A stretch of DNA of 64,000 nt, taken from contig OZ024743.1 of assembly GCA_964016885.1 (NCBI GenBank), forward strand, positions 142,104,001-142,168,000, in the 5' to 3' direction. The stretch's first letter is position 1; each line of letters starts with the position of its first letter. The notes under the pieces were generated by a model, which was not told where the DNA came from, made no database searches, and was given only the letters and a program-made list of their open reading frames with translations. The translations under genes and the position numbers were made by a program. Shown here one piece after another: positions 52,701-64,000 of the stretch. This DNA comes from Eledone cirrhosa (taxonomy: Eukaryota).

Positions 52701-54109
52701 GTGCTTGATGTTTGGTGTTTGGTGCTTGGTGTTTGGTGCTTGGTGCTTGGTGCTTGGTGTTAGGTGTTTGGTGCTTGGTCCTTGGTGTTTGGTGCTTGGT
52801 GTTTGGTGTTTGCTGTTTGGTGTTTGGTGTTTGGTGTTTGGTGTTTGCTGTTTGGTGTCTGCTTTTTGGTGTTCAGTGTTTGCTGCTGGCTGCTTGGTGT
52901 TTGGTGTTTGCTGTTTGGTGTTTGGTCTTTGGTGCTTGGTGTTTGGTGCTTGGTGCTTGGTGTTTGGTGTTTGATGCTTGGTGTTTGGTGTTTGGTGCTT
53001 GGTGTCTGGTGCTTGGTGTTTGGTTTTTGGTGCTTGGTGTTTGGTGTTTGGTGTTTGGTGTTTGGTGCTTGGTGCTTGGTGTTTGGTGTTTGGTGCTTGG
53101 TGTCTGGTGCTTGGTGTTTGGTGTTTGGTGCTTGGTGTTTGGTGTTTGGTGTTTGGTGCTTGGTGCTTGGTGCTTGGTGTTTGGTGTTTGGTGCTTGGTG
53201 TTTGGTGCTTGGTGCTGGGTGGTTGGTGTTTGGTGCTTGGTGTTTGGTGCTGGGTGCTTGGTGTTTGGTGCTGGGTGCTTGGTCTTTGGTGCTTGGTGTT
53301 TGGTGCTTGGTGCTTGGTGCTTGGTGTTTGGTGCTTGGTGCTTGGTGTTTGGTGCTTGGTGCTTGGTGTTTGGTTTTTGGTGCTTGGTGCTTGGTGTTTG
53401 GTGTTTGGTGCTTGCTGCTGGCTGCTTGGTGTTTGATGCATGGTGATTGGTGCTTGGTGTTTGGTGCTTGGTGTTTGGTGTTTGATGCTTGGTGCTTGGT
53501 GCTTGGTGTTTGGTGCTTGGTGCTTGGTGTTTGGTGCTTGGTGCTTGGTGTTTGGTGCTTGGTGTTTGGTGCTTGGTGTTTGGTGCTTGGTGCTTGGTGC
53601 TTGGTGCTTGGTGTTTGGTGGTTGGTGCTTGGTACTTGGTGTTAGGTGTTTGGTGCTTGGTGCTTGGTGTTTGGTGTTTGGTGCTTGGTGTTTGGTGTTT
53701 GGTGCTTGGTGTTTGGTGCTTGGTACTTGGTGCTTGGTGCTTGGTGCTAGGTGTTTGGTGCTTGGTGCTTGGTGTCTGGTTTTTGGTGCTTGGTGCTTGG
53801 TGTTTGGTGTTTGGTGCTTGCTGCTGGCTGCTTGGTGTTTGGTGCTTGGTGATTGGTGCTTGGTGTTTGGTGCTTGGTGTTTGGTGTTTGGTGCTTGGTG
53901 ATTGGTGTTTGTACTTGGTGCTTGGTGCTTGGTTCTTGGTGTTTGGTGCTTGGTGCTTGGTGTTTGGTGTTATATGCTTGGTGTTTGATGCTTGGTGCTT
54001 GGTGCTTGGTGTTTGGTGTTTGGTGTTTGATGCTTGGTGCTTGGTGTTTGGTGCTTGGTGCTTGGTGTTTGTACTTGGTGCTTGGTGCTTGGTGCTTGGT
54101 GTTTGGTGC

Positions 54110-54125
54110 TTGGTGCTAACACCAA
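54110..54125. other. Spacer-less orientation switch (inversion or fusion junction) between the two satellite arms
   Basis: The sequence reads TTGGTGCT|AACACCAA. The right 8-mer reverse-complements to TTGGTGTT, so the site is a near-palindrome centred at 54117/54118. Confidence 0.97.
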
Positions 54126-54469
54126 GCAACAAGCACCAAACACCAAGCACCAAGCACCAATCACCAAGCACCAAACACCAAGCACCAAAAAATAAGCACC
54201 AAGCACCAAACACCAAGCACCAAGCACCAAACACCAACCACCCGGCACCAAGCACCAAGCACCAAACACCAAGCACCAAACACCAAACACCAAGCACCAA
54301 GCGCCAAGCACCAAACACCAAGCACCAAGCACTAAGCACCAAACACCAAGCACCAGGCACCAAGCACCAAACACCAAGCACCTAGCACCAAACACCAAAC
54401 ACCAAGCACCAAGCACCTAGCACCAAACACCAAACACCAAGCACCAAGCACCAAACACCAAGCACCAAT

Positions 54470-57400
54470 CACCAAGCACCAAACACCAAGCAGCAAGCAC
54501 CAAGCACCAAGCACCAAACACCAAGCACCAGGCACCAAGCACCAAACACCAAGCACCATGCACCAAGCACCATGCCCCAAACACTTAACACCAAGCACCA
54601 AGCACCAAACACCAAGCACCAAAAACCAAACACCAAGCACCAACTACTAAACACCAAGCACCAAACACCAAACACCAAGCATCAAACACCAAACACCAAA
54701 CACCAAGCACCAAACACCAAGCACCAAGCACCAAACTCCAAACACCAAGCACCAAGCACCAAACAACAAGCACCAAGCACCAAACACCAAACACCAAGCA
54801 CACAGCATCAAACACCAAGCACCAAGCACCAAGCACCAAACACCAAGCACCAAGCACCAAGCACCAAACACCAAACAACAAGCACCAGGCCCCAAGCAGC
54901 AAACACGAAACACCAAGCACGCATCACCAAGCACCAAGCACCAAACACCAAACACCTAACACCAAGCACCAAGAACCAAACACCAAACACCAAACAGCAA
55001 GCACCAAGCACCAAACACCAAGCACCAAACACCAAACACCAAGCACCAATCACAAAACACTAATCACCAAGCACCAAGCACCAAACACCGAGCACCAAGC
55101 ATCAAGCACCAAACACCAAGCACCAAGCACCAAGAACCAAGCACCAAACACCAAGCTCCAAGCACCAAACACCAAACCCCAAGCACCAAAGACCAAGCAC
55201 CAAGCCCCAAGGACCAAACACCAAGCACCAAGGACCAAGCAACAAACACCAAGCACCAAGCACCAAACACCCAGCACCAAGCACCAAGCACCAGGCACCA
55301 AGCACCAAACACCAAACACCAAGCACGCAGCATCAAACAGCAAGCACCAAGCACCAAGCACCAAACACCAAGCACCAAGCAGCAAGCACCAAGTACCAAA
55401 CACCAAACACCAAGCACCAAACACCAAACACCAGGCACCAAGCACCAAGCACGAAAGACCATGCACCAAGCACCAAGCACCAAACACCAAACACCAAGCA
55501 CCAAACACCAGCCACCAAGAACCAAGCAGCAAACACCAAACACCAAGCACTAAGCACCAAAAACCAAACAACAAGCACCAGGCACCAAGCACCAAAAACC
55601 AAACACCAAGCACGCAGCACCAAACACCAAGCACCAAGCACCAAGCACCAAACACCAAACAACAAGCACCAGGTACCAAGCACCAAACACCAAACACCAA
55701 GTACCAAGCACCAAACACCAAACACCAAGCACCAAGCACCAAACACCAAGCACCAATCACCAAGCACCAAACACCAAGCAGCAAGCAGCAAGCACCAAAC
55801 ACCAAACACCAAGCACCAAGCACCAAACACCTAACACCAAGCACCAAGCACCAAGCACCAAGCACCGAACACCAAGCACCAAACACCAAGCACCAAACAC
55901 CAAGCACCAAGCACCAAACACCAAGCACCAAACACCAAGCACCAAGCACCAAGCACCAAACACCAAGCACCAGGCACCAAGCACCAAACACCAAGCACCA
56001 TGCACCAAGCACCAAGCCCCAAACACTTAACACCAAGCACCAAGCACCAAATACCAAGCACCAAAAACCAAACACCAAGCACCAACTACTAAACACCAAG
56101 CACCAAGCACCAAACACCAAGCACCAAGCACCAATCACCAAACACCAAGAACCAAGCACCAAACACCAAGCACCAAGGACCAAGCACCAGGCACCAAGCA
56201 CAAAGCACCAAACACAAAACACTAAGCAGCAAACACAAAACACCAAGCACCAAGCACCAAGCAGCAAACACCAAGCATCAAACACCAAACACCAAACACC
56301 AAGCACCAAACACCAAGCACCAAGCAGCAAACACCAAACACCAAGCACCAAGCACCAAGCACCAAACACCAAACACCAAGCACCAAACACCAAACACCAA
56401 GCACCAAGCACCAAACACCAAACAACAAGCACCAGGCACCAAGCACCAAAAACCAAACACAAAGCACGCAGCATCAAACAGCAAGCACCAAGCACCAAGC
56501 ACCAAACACCTATCACCAAGCACCAAGCACCAAGTACCAAACACCAAACACCAAGCACCAAACACCAAACACCAGGCACCAAGCACCAAGCACGAAACAC
56601 CATGCACCAAGCACCAAGCACCAAACACCAAACACCAAGCACCAAACACCAGCCACCAAGCACCAAGCAGCAAACACCAAACACCAAGCACTAAGCACCA
56701 AAAACCAAACAACAAACACCAGGCACCAAGCACCAAAAACCAAACACCAAGCACGCAGCACCAAACACCAAGCACCAAGCACCAAACACCAAGCACCAAG
56801 CACCAAGCACCAAACACCAAACACCAAACACCAAGCACCAAGAACCAAACACCAAACACCAAACCCTAATCACCAAGCACCAAGCACAAAACACCAAGCA
56901 CCAAGCAGCAAGCACCAAACACCAAGCACCAAGCACCAATCACCAAACACCAAGAACCAAGCACCAAACACCAAGCACCAAGGACCAAGCACCAGGCACC
57001 AAGCACAAAGCACCAAACACAAAACACTAAGCACCAAACACAAAACACCAAGCACCAAGCACCAAGCAGCAAACACCAAGCATCAAACACCAAACACCAA
57101 ACACCAAGCACCAAACACCAAGCACCAAGCAGCAAACACCAAACACCAAGCACCAAGCACCAAGCACCAAACACCAAACACCAAGCACCAAACACCAAAC
57201 ACCAAGCACCAAGCACTAAACACCAAACAACAAGCACCAGGCACCAAGCACCAAGCACCAAACACCAAACACCAAGCACCAAACACCAGCCACCAAGCAC
57301 CAAGCAGCAAACACCAAACACCAAGCACTAAGCACCAAAAACCAAACAACAAACACCAGGCACCAAGCACCAAAAACCAAACACCAAGCACGCAGCACCA

Positions 57401-57570
57401 AACACCAAGCACCAAGCACCAAACACCAAGCACCAAGCACCAAGCACCAAACACCAAACACCAAACACCAAGCACCAAGAACCAAACACCAAACACCAAA
57501 CCCTAATCACCAAGCACCAAGCACAAAACACCAAGCACCAAGCAGCAAGCACCAAACACCAAGCACCAAG
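54470..57570 (-). repeat. Mosaic of short (about 0.2-0.4 kb) segmental duplications in the inverted arm
   Basis: Matching ORF starts are offset by 1442 (54643/56085), 1141 (55546/56687), 805 (56274/57079) and 637 (56862/57499), all multiples of 7. Confidence 0.75.
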
Positions 57571-58289
57571 CACCAAGCACCAAGCACCAAACACCAAGCA
57601 CCAAGCACCAAACACCAAACCCCAAGCACCAAAGACCAAGCACCAAGCACCAAGAACCAAACACCAAGCACCAAGCACCAAGCACCAAACACCAAGCACC
57701 AAGCACCAAACACCCAGCCCCAAGCACCAAGCACCAAACACCAAGCACCAAGCACCAAACACCAAACACCAAACACCAAGCACCAAGCACCAAACAGCAA
57801 GCACCAAACACCAAACAGCAAACATCAAACAGCAAACACCAAACACCAAGCACCAAGCACCAAGCAGCAAACACCAAGCACCAAGCACCAAGCACAAAAC
57901 ACCAAACACCTAGCACCAAGGACCAAACATCAAACACCAAGCACCAAGCACCTAGCACAAAGCACCGAACACCAAGCACCAAACACCAAACACCAAACAC
58001 CAAGCACCAAACACCAAACACCAGGCACCAAGCACCAAACACCAAGCACCATGCACCAAACACCAAGCACCAAGCACGAAGCACCAAACACCAAGCACCA
58101 AGCACCAAACACTTAACACCAAGCACCAAGCACCAAGCACCAAACACCAAGCACCAAACACTAAGCACCAAGCACCAAGTACATACACCAAGAACCAAAC
58201 ACAAAACACCAAGCACCAAGCAACAAGCATCAAACAACAAGCATCAAACACCATACACAAAGCACCAAGCACCGAAACACCAAACACCA

Positions 58290-60430
58290 AGCACCAAGCA
58301 CCAAGTACCAAGCACAAACATCAAGCACCCAGCACCAAACACCAAGCACCAAGCACCAAGCACCAAACACAGAGCACCAAACACCAAACACCAAGCACCA
58401 AACACCAAACACCAAGCACCAAGCACCAAAACCCAAACACCAAGCACCAAGCACCAAACACCAAACACCAAACACCAGAAACCAAGCACCAAACACCAAA
58501 CACCAAACACCAAGCACCAAGCACCAAACACCAAGCACCAAGCACCAAACAGCAAACCCCAAGCACCAAGCACCAAACACTAATCACCAAGCAGCAAGCA
58601 CCAAACACCAAGCACCAAGCACCAAGCACCAAACACCAAGCACCAAACACCAAACACCAAACCCCAAGCACCAAAGACCAAGCACCAAGCACCAAGCACC
58701 AAGCACCAAGCACCAAACACCAAGCACCAAGCACCAAACACCAAACACCAAACACCAAGTACCAAGCACCAAACAGCAAGCACCAAACACCAAACACCAA
58801 ACAGCAAACATCAAACAGCAAACAGCAAACAGCAAACAGCAAACAGCAAACGCCAAACACCAAGCACCAAGCACCAAGCACCAAACACCAAGCACCAACA
58901 CCAAGCACAAAACACCAAACACCAAGCACCAAGGACCAAACATCAAACACCAAGCACCAAGCACCTAGCACAAAGCACCGAACACCAAGCACCAAACACC
59001 AAGCACCAAGCACGAAGCACCAAACACGAAGCACCAAGCACCAAACACTTAACACCAAGCACCAAGCACCAAGCACCTAACACCAAGCACCAAACACCAA
59101 ACACCAAGCACCAAGTACCAAACACCAAGCACCAAGCACCAAACACCAAGCACCAAGCACCAATCACCAAACACCAAGCACCAAGCACATACACCAAGAA
59201 CCAAGCACCAAACACCAAACACCAAACACCAAGCACAAAGCACCAAACACCAAGCACCAAGCACCAAACAGCAAACCCCAAGCACCAAACACAAAACACC
59301 AAGCACCAAGCAACAAGCATCAAACACCAAGTATCAAACACCAAACAACAAGCACCAAGCACCAAACACCAAACACCAAGCACCAAGCACAAACATCAAG
59401 CACCCAGCACCAAACACCAAGCACCAAGCACCAAGCAGCAAACACCAAGCACCAAACACCAAACACCAAGCACCAAACACCAAACACCAAGCACCAAGCA
59501 CCAAAACCCAAACACCAAGCACCAAGCACCAAACACCAAACACCAAACACCAGAAACCAAGCACCAAACACCAAACACCAAACACCAAGCACAAAGCACC
59601 AAACACCAAGCACCAAGCACCAAACAGCAAACCCCAAGCACCAAGCACCAAACACTAATCACCAAGCAACAAGCACCACACAACAAGCACCAAGCACCAA
59701 GAACCAGGCACCAAGCACCAAGCACCAAACACAAAACACCAAGCACCAAGCACCAAGTAGCACACACCAAGCATCAAACACCAAACACCAAACACCAAGC
59801 ACCAAACACCAAACACCAAGTCCTAAGCACCAAGCACCAAGCACCAAACTCCAAGCACCCAGCACCAAACACCAAACACCAAGCACCAAGCACCAAACAC
59901 CAAACACCAAGCACCAAGCACCAAGCACCAAACACCAAACACCAAACACCAAACACCAAGCACCAAACACCAAGCACCAAGCACCAAACAACAAGCACCA
60001 AGCACCAAGCACCAAACACCAAGCACCAAGCACCAAGCACCAAACACCAAGCACCAAGCACCAACCACCAAACCCCAAGCACCAAGCAACAAACACTAAT
60101 CACCAAGTACCAAGCACCAAACACCAAGCACCAAGCACCAAGCACCAAACACCAAGCACCAAGCACCAAGCACCAAACACCAAACACCAAGCACCAAACA
60201 CCAAGCACCAAGCACCAAACAACAAGCACCAAGCACCAAGCACCAAACACCAAGCACCAAGCACCAAACACCAACCACCCAGCACCAAGCCCCAAGCACC
60301 AAGCACCAAACACCAAACACCAAGCACCAAGCACCAACCACCAAACCCCAAGCACCAATCAACAAACACTAATCACCAAGCACCAAGCACCAAACACCAA
60401 GCACCAAGCACCAAGCACCAAACACCAAGC
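58290..60430 (-). repeat. Short duplications in the inverted arm with 1075-bp and 273-bp offsets
   Basis: ORF pairs 58317/59392 and 58580/59655 are offset by 1075, and 60096/60369 by 273. The marker CACTAATC recurs. Confidence 0.7.
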
Positions 60431-63400
60431 ACCAAGCACCAAGCACCAAACACCAAGCACCAAACACCAAACACCAAGCACCAAGCACCAAACACCAAAC
60501 ACCAAGCACCAAGCACCAAGCACCAAACACCAAACAACAAGCACCAAACACCAAACACCAAGCACCAAAAACCAAACACCAAGCACCAAGGACCCAACAT
60601 CAAACACCAAGCACCAAGCACCAAACACCAAACACCAAGCACCAAGCACCAAGCACCAAGCACCGAACACCAAGCCCCAAACACCAAGCACCAAACACCA
60701 AGCCCCAAACACCAAACACCAAGTCCCACGCACCAAGCACCAAACACCAAACAGCAAGCACCAAGCACCAAACACCAAACAACAAGCACCAGGCACCAAG
60801 CACCAAACACCAAACACCAAGCACCAAGCACCAAGCACCAAACACCAAGCACGCAGCATCAAACACCAAGCACCAAGCGCCAAGCACCAAACACCAATCA
60901 CCAAGCACCAAGCACCAAGTACCAAACACCAACCACCAAGCACCAAACACCAAACACCAAGCACCAAACACCAAGCACGAAACACCAGGCACCAAGCACC
61001 AAACACCAAACACCAAGCACCAAACACCAGCCACCTAGCACCAAGCACCAAACTCCAAACACCAAGCACTAAGCACCAAACACCAAACAACAAGCAGCAG
61101 GCACCAAGCACCAAACACCAAACACCAAGCACGCAGCACCAAACACCAAGAACCAAGCACCAAACACCAATCACCTAGCATCAAGCACCAAACACCAAAC
61201 ACCAAACACTAATCACCAAGCACAAAGCAACAAAAACCAAGCACCAAGCAGCAAGCACCAAACACCAAGCACCAAGCACCAAACACCAAGCACCAAGCAC
61301 CAAACAGCAAGCACCAAATACCAAGCACCAAACACCAAGCACCAAACACCAAGCCCCACGCACCAAGCACCAAACACCAAACACCAAGCACCAAGCACCA
61401 AACACCAAGCACCAAGCACGAAGCCCCTAGCACCAAACACCAAACACCAATCAAAAAGCACAAAACACCAAGCACCAATCACCAAGCACCAAACACCAAG
61501 CAGCAAGCAGCAAGCACCAAACACCAAACACCAAGCACCAAGCACCAAATACCAAACACCAAGCACCAAGGTCCAAACATCAAACAACAAGAACCAGGCA
61601 CCAAGCACCAAACACAAAAACACCAAGCACCAAGCACCAAACACCAAACACCAAGCACGCAGCATCAAACACCAAGCACCAAGCACCAAGCACCAAAGAC
61701 CAAGCACCAAGCACCAAGTACCAAACACCAAACACCCAGCACCAAACACCAAACACCAAGCACCAAGCACCAAGCACGAAACACCAGGCACCAAGCACCA
61801 AGCACAAAACACCAAACACCAAGCACCAAACACCAGCCACCAAGCACCAAGTATCAAACACCAAACACCAAGCACTATGCACCAAACACCAAACAACAAG
61901 CACCAGGCACCAAGCACCAAGCACCAAACACCAAGCACGCAGCACCAAACACCAAGCACCAAGCACCAAACACCAAACACCAAGCACCAAGCACCAAGCA
62001 CCAAACACCAAACACCAAACACCAAGCACAAAGAACCAAACACCAAACACCAAACAGCAAGCACCAAGCACCAAACACCAAGCACCAAACACCAAACCCC
62101 AAGCACCAATCACCAAACACTAATCAACAAGCACCAAGCACCAAACACAAAGCACCAAGCAGCAAGCACCAAACACCAAGCACCGAGCACCAAGCACCAA
62201 GCACCAAACACCAAGCACCAAGCACCAAACACCAAACCCCAAGCACCAAAGACCAAGCACAAAGCACCAAGGACCAAACACCAAGCACCAAGCACCAAGT
62301 ACCAAACACCAAGCACCAAGCACCAAACACCCAGCACCAAGCACCAAGCACCAAACACCAAGCACCAAGCACCAAACACCAAACACCAAACACCAAGCAC
62401 CAAGCACCAAACAGTAAGCACCAAACACCAAACAACAAACAGCAAACGCCAAACACCAAGCACCAAGCACCAAGCACCAAACACCAAGCACCAAGCACCA
62501 AGCACAAATCAGCAAACACCAAGCACCAAGGACCAAACATCAAACACCAAGCACCAAGCACCAAACACCAAACACCAATCACCAAGCACCAAGCACAAAG
62601 CACCGAACACCAAGCACCAAGCACCAAGCACCAAACACCAAGCACCAAACACCAAGCACCAGGCACCAAGCACCAAACACCAGGCACCATGCACCAAACA
62701 CCAAGCACCAAGCACGAAGCACCAAACACCAAGCACCAAACACCAAACACTTAACACCAAGCACCAAGCACCAAGCACCAAGCACCAAGCACCAAACACC
62801 AAACACCAAGCACCAAGTATCAAACACCAAGCACCAAGCACCAAACACCAAGCAGCAAGCACCAATCACCAAACACCAAGAACCAAGCACCAAACACCAA
62901 CTACCAAGCACCAAGTACATACACCAAGCACCAAACACCAAACACAAAACACCAAGCACCAAACACCGAGCACCAAACACCAGATACCAAGCACCAAGCA
63001 CCAAACACCAAACACGAAGCACGCAACATCAAACACCAAGCACCAAGCACCAAGCACGAAGCAACAAACACCAAGCACCAAGCACCAAGTACCAAACACC
63101 AACCACCAAGCACCAAACACCAAACACCAAGCTCCAAGCACCAAGCACGAAACACCAGGCACCAAGCACCAAACACCAAGCACCAAGTATCAAACACCAA
63201 GCACCAAGCACCAAACACCAAGCAGCAAGCACCAATCACCAAAAACCAAGAACCAAGCACGAAACACCAACCACCAAGCACCAAGTACATACACCAAGCA
63301 CCAAACACCAAACAAAACACCAAGCACCAAGCACCAAGCACGAAACACCAAGCCCCAAGCACCAAGCACCAAACACCAAACACCAAGCACCAAACACAAA

Positions 63401-64000
63401 ACACCAAGCACCAAGCACCAAGCAGCACACACCCAGCATCAAACACCAAACACCAAACACCAAGCACCAAACACCAAACACCAAACACCAAGCACCAAGC
63501 ACCAAGCACCAAACACCAGACACCAAGCACCAAACACCAAGCACCAAGCACCAAGCACCAAACACCAAACAACAAGCACCAGGTACCAAGCACCAAACAC
63601 CAAAAACCAAACACCAAGCACCAAGCACCAAGCACCAAACACCAAACACCAAGCACCAAGCACCAAGCACCAAACACCAAACAGCAAACACCAAACACCA
63701 AACAGCAAAAACCAAATACGAAACAGCAAACACCATACAACAAACACCAAACACCAAAAAGCAGACACCAAACACCAAACACCAAACACCAAGCACCAAG
63801 CACCAAGCACCAACCACCAAACCCCAAGCACCAAGCAACACACACTAATCACCAAGCACCAAGCACCAAACAACAAGCACCAAGCACCAAGCACCAAACA
63901 CCAAGCACCAAGCACCAACCACCAACCACCCAGAACCTAGCACCAAGCACCAAACAGCAAGCACCAAACACCAAACACCAAACACCAAGCACCAAGCACC

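Larger units (their letters stand above)
1..54117 (+). repeat. Heptamer satellite array (TTGGTGY)n, G/T-rich strand on +, about 7,700 monomers, open at the left edge
   Basis: Continuous TTGGTGC/TTGGTGT monomers with scattered variants (TTGCTGT, TTGATGC, TAGGTGT, TTGGTAC, CTGGTGC, TTGGTGA, 6-bp TTGTAC). A is nearly absent from the + strand. Copy number is length divided by 7. Confidence 0.99.
54118..64000 (-). repeat. Same heptamer satellite in inverted orientation, (RCACCAA)n on +, about 1,400 monomers, open at the right edge
   Basis: Continuous GCACCAA/ACACCAA monomers, the reverse complement of TTGGTGC/TTGGTGT, with related variant types. Confidence 0.99.

Noticed and set aside
11-54119. 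Hundreds of hydrophobic LVLGAWC/LVFGVWC ORFs resembling membrane or Cys/Trp-rich proteins
   Set aside because: The G/T-rich strand has almost no A, so stops are rare, and nearly all starts are TTG/GTG from the repeat itself. The ORFs overlap in all frames.
54000-54240. Junction as a fold-back (chimeric palindromic read) artefact
   Set aside because: The arms are not mirror images. Variants differ from the first monomers (left has TTGTAC at ~54069; right has GCAACAA, TCACCAA, AAAATAA). A misjoin of two separate arrays cannot be excluded without reads.
52873-54416. Two-part ORFs spanning the junction (hydrophobic N-half, polar C-half)
   Set aside because: This is the automatic result of reading across the strand switch, and it appears on both strands.
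56861-57507. AAACCCTAA matching canonical telomere motifs at ~56861 and ~57498
   Set aside because: These are single copies, one substitution from the local AAACACTAATC variant, and are duplicated by the 637-bp repeat.
1-64000. CRISPR array or repeat-spacer system
   Set aside because: There are no unique spacers, no leader and no cas genes. The sequence between recurring markers is the same satellite.
1-64000. Synthetic data-encoding DNA (binary C/T code) or pure sequencing artefact
   Set aside because: Nested duplications with gradual SNP divergence and zoned variants fit natural satellite evolution. No adapters, indices or fixed-length blocks are visible.

Overview
The whole 64-kb window is one simple-sequence satellite built from a 7-bp monomer, TTGGTGY (TTGGTGC or TTGGTGT; reverse complement RCACCAA). 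I see no unique sequence, credible gene, RNA gene, transposon or CRISPR array. Every ORF in the track is a translation artefact of the heptamer. The array is structured in three ways. (1) Positions 1-54117 carry the G/T-rich strand on +; at 54117/54118 the array flips, with no spacer, to the C/A-rich strand, so the two G-rich strands converge on the junction. (2) Rare variant monomers and the C/T pattern define nested higher-order repeats of about 0.43, 1.0, 1.4, 2.7, 3.3-4.1, 5.6 and 9.06 kb. (3) Variant monomers are zoned into domains, and the inverted arm resembles the distant 1-20 kb domain more than the sequence next to it. The source is most likely eukaryotic heterochromatin (centromeric, pericentromeric, subtelomeric or interstitial telomere-like), but the organism cannot be identified from the sequence. 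Boundaries and offsets were read by eye and from ORF-track offsets, so internal edges are approximate (a few monomers).
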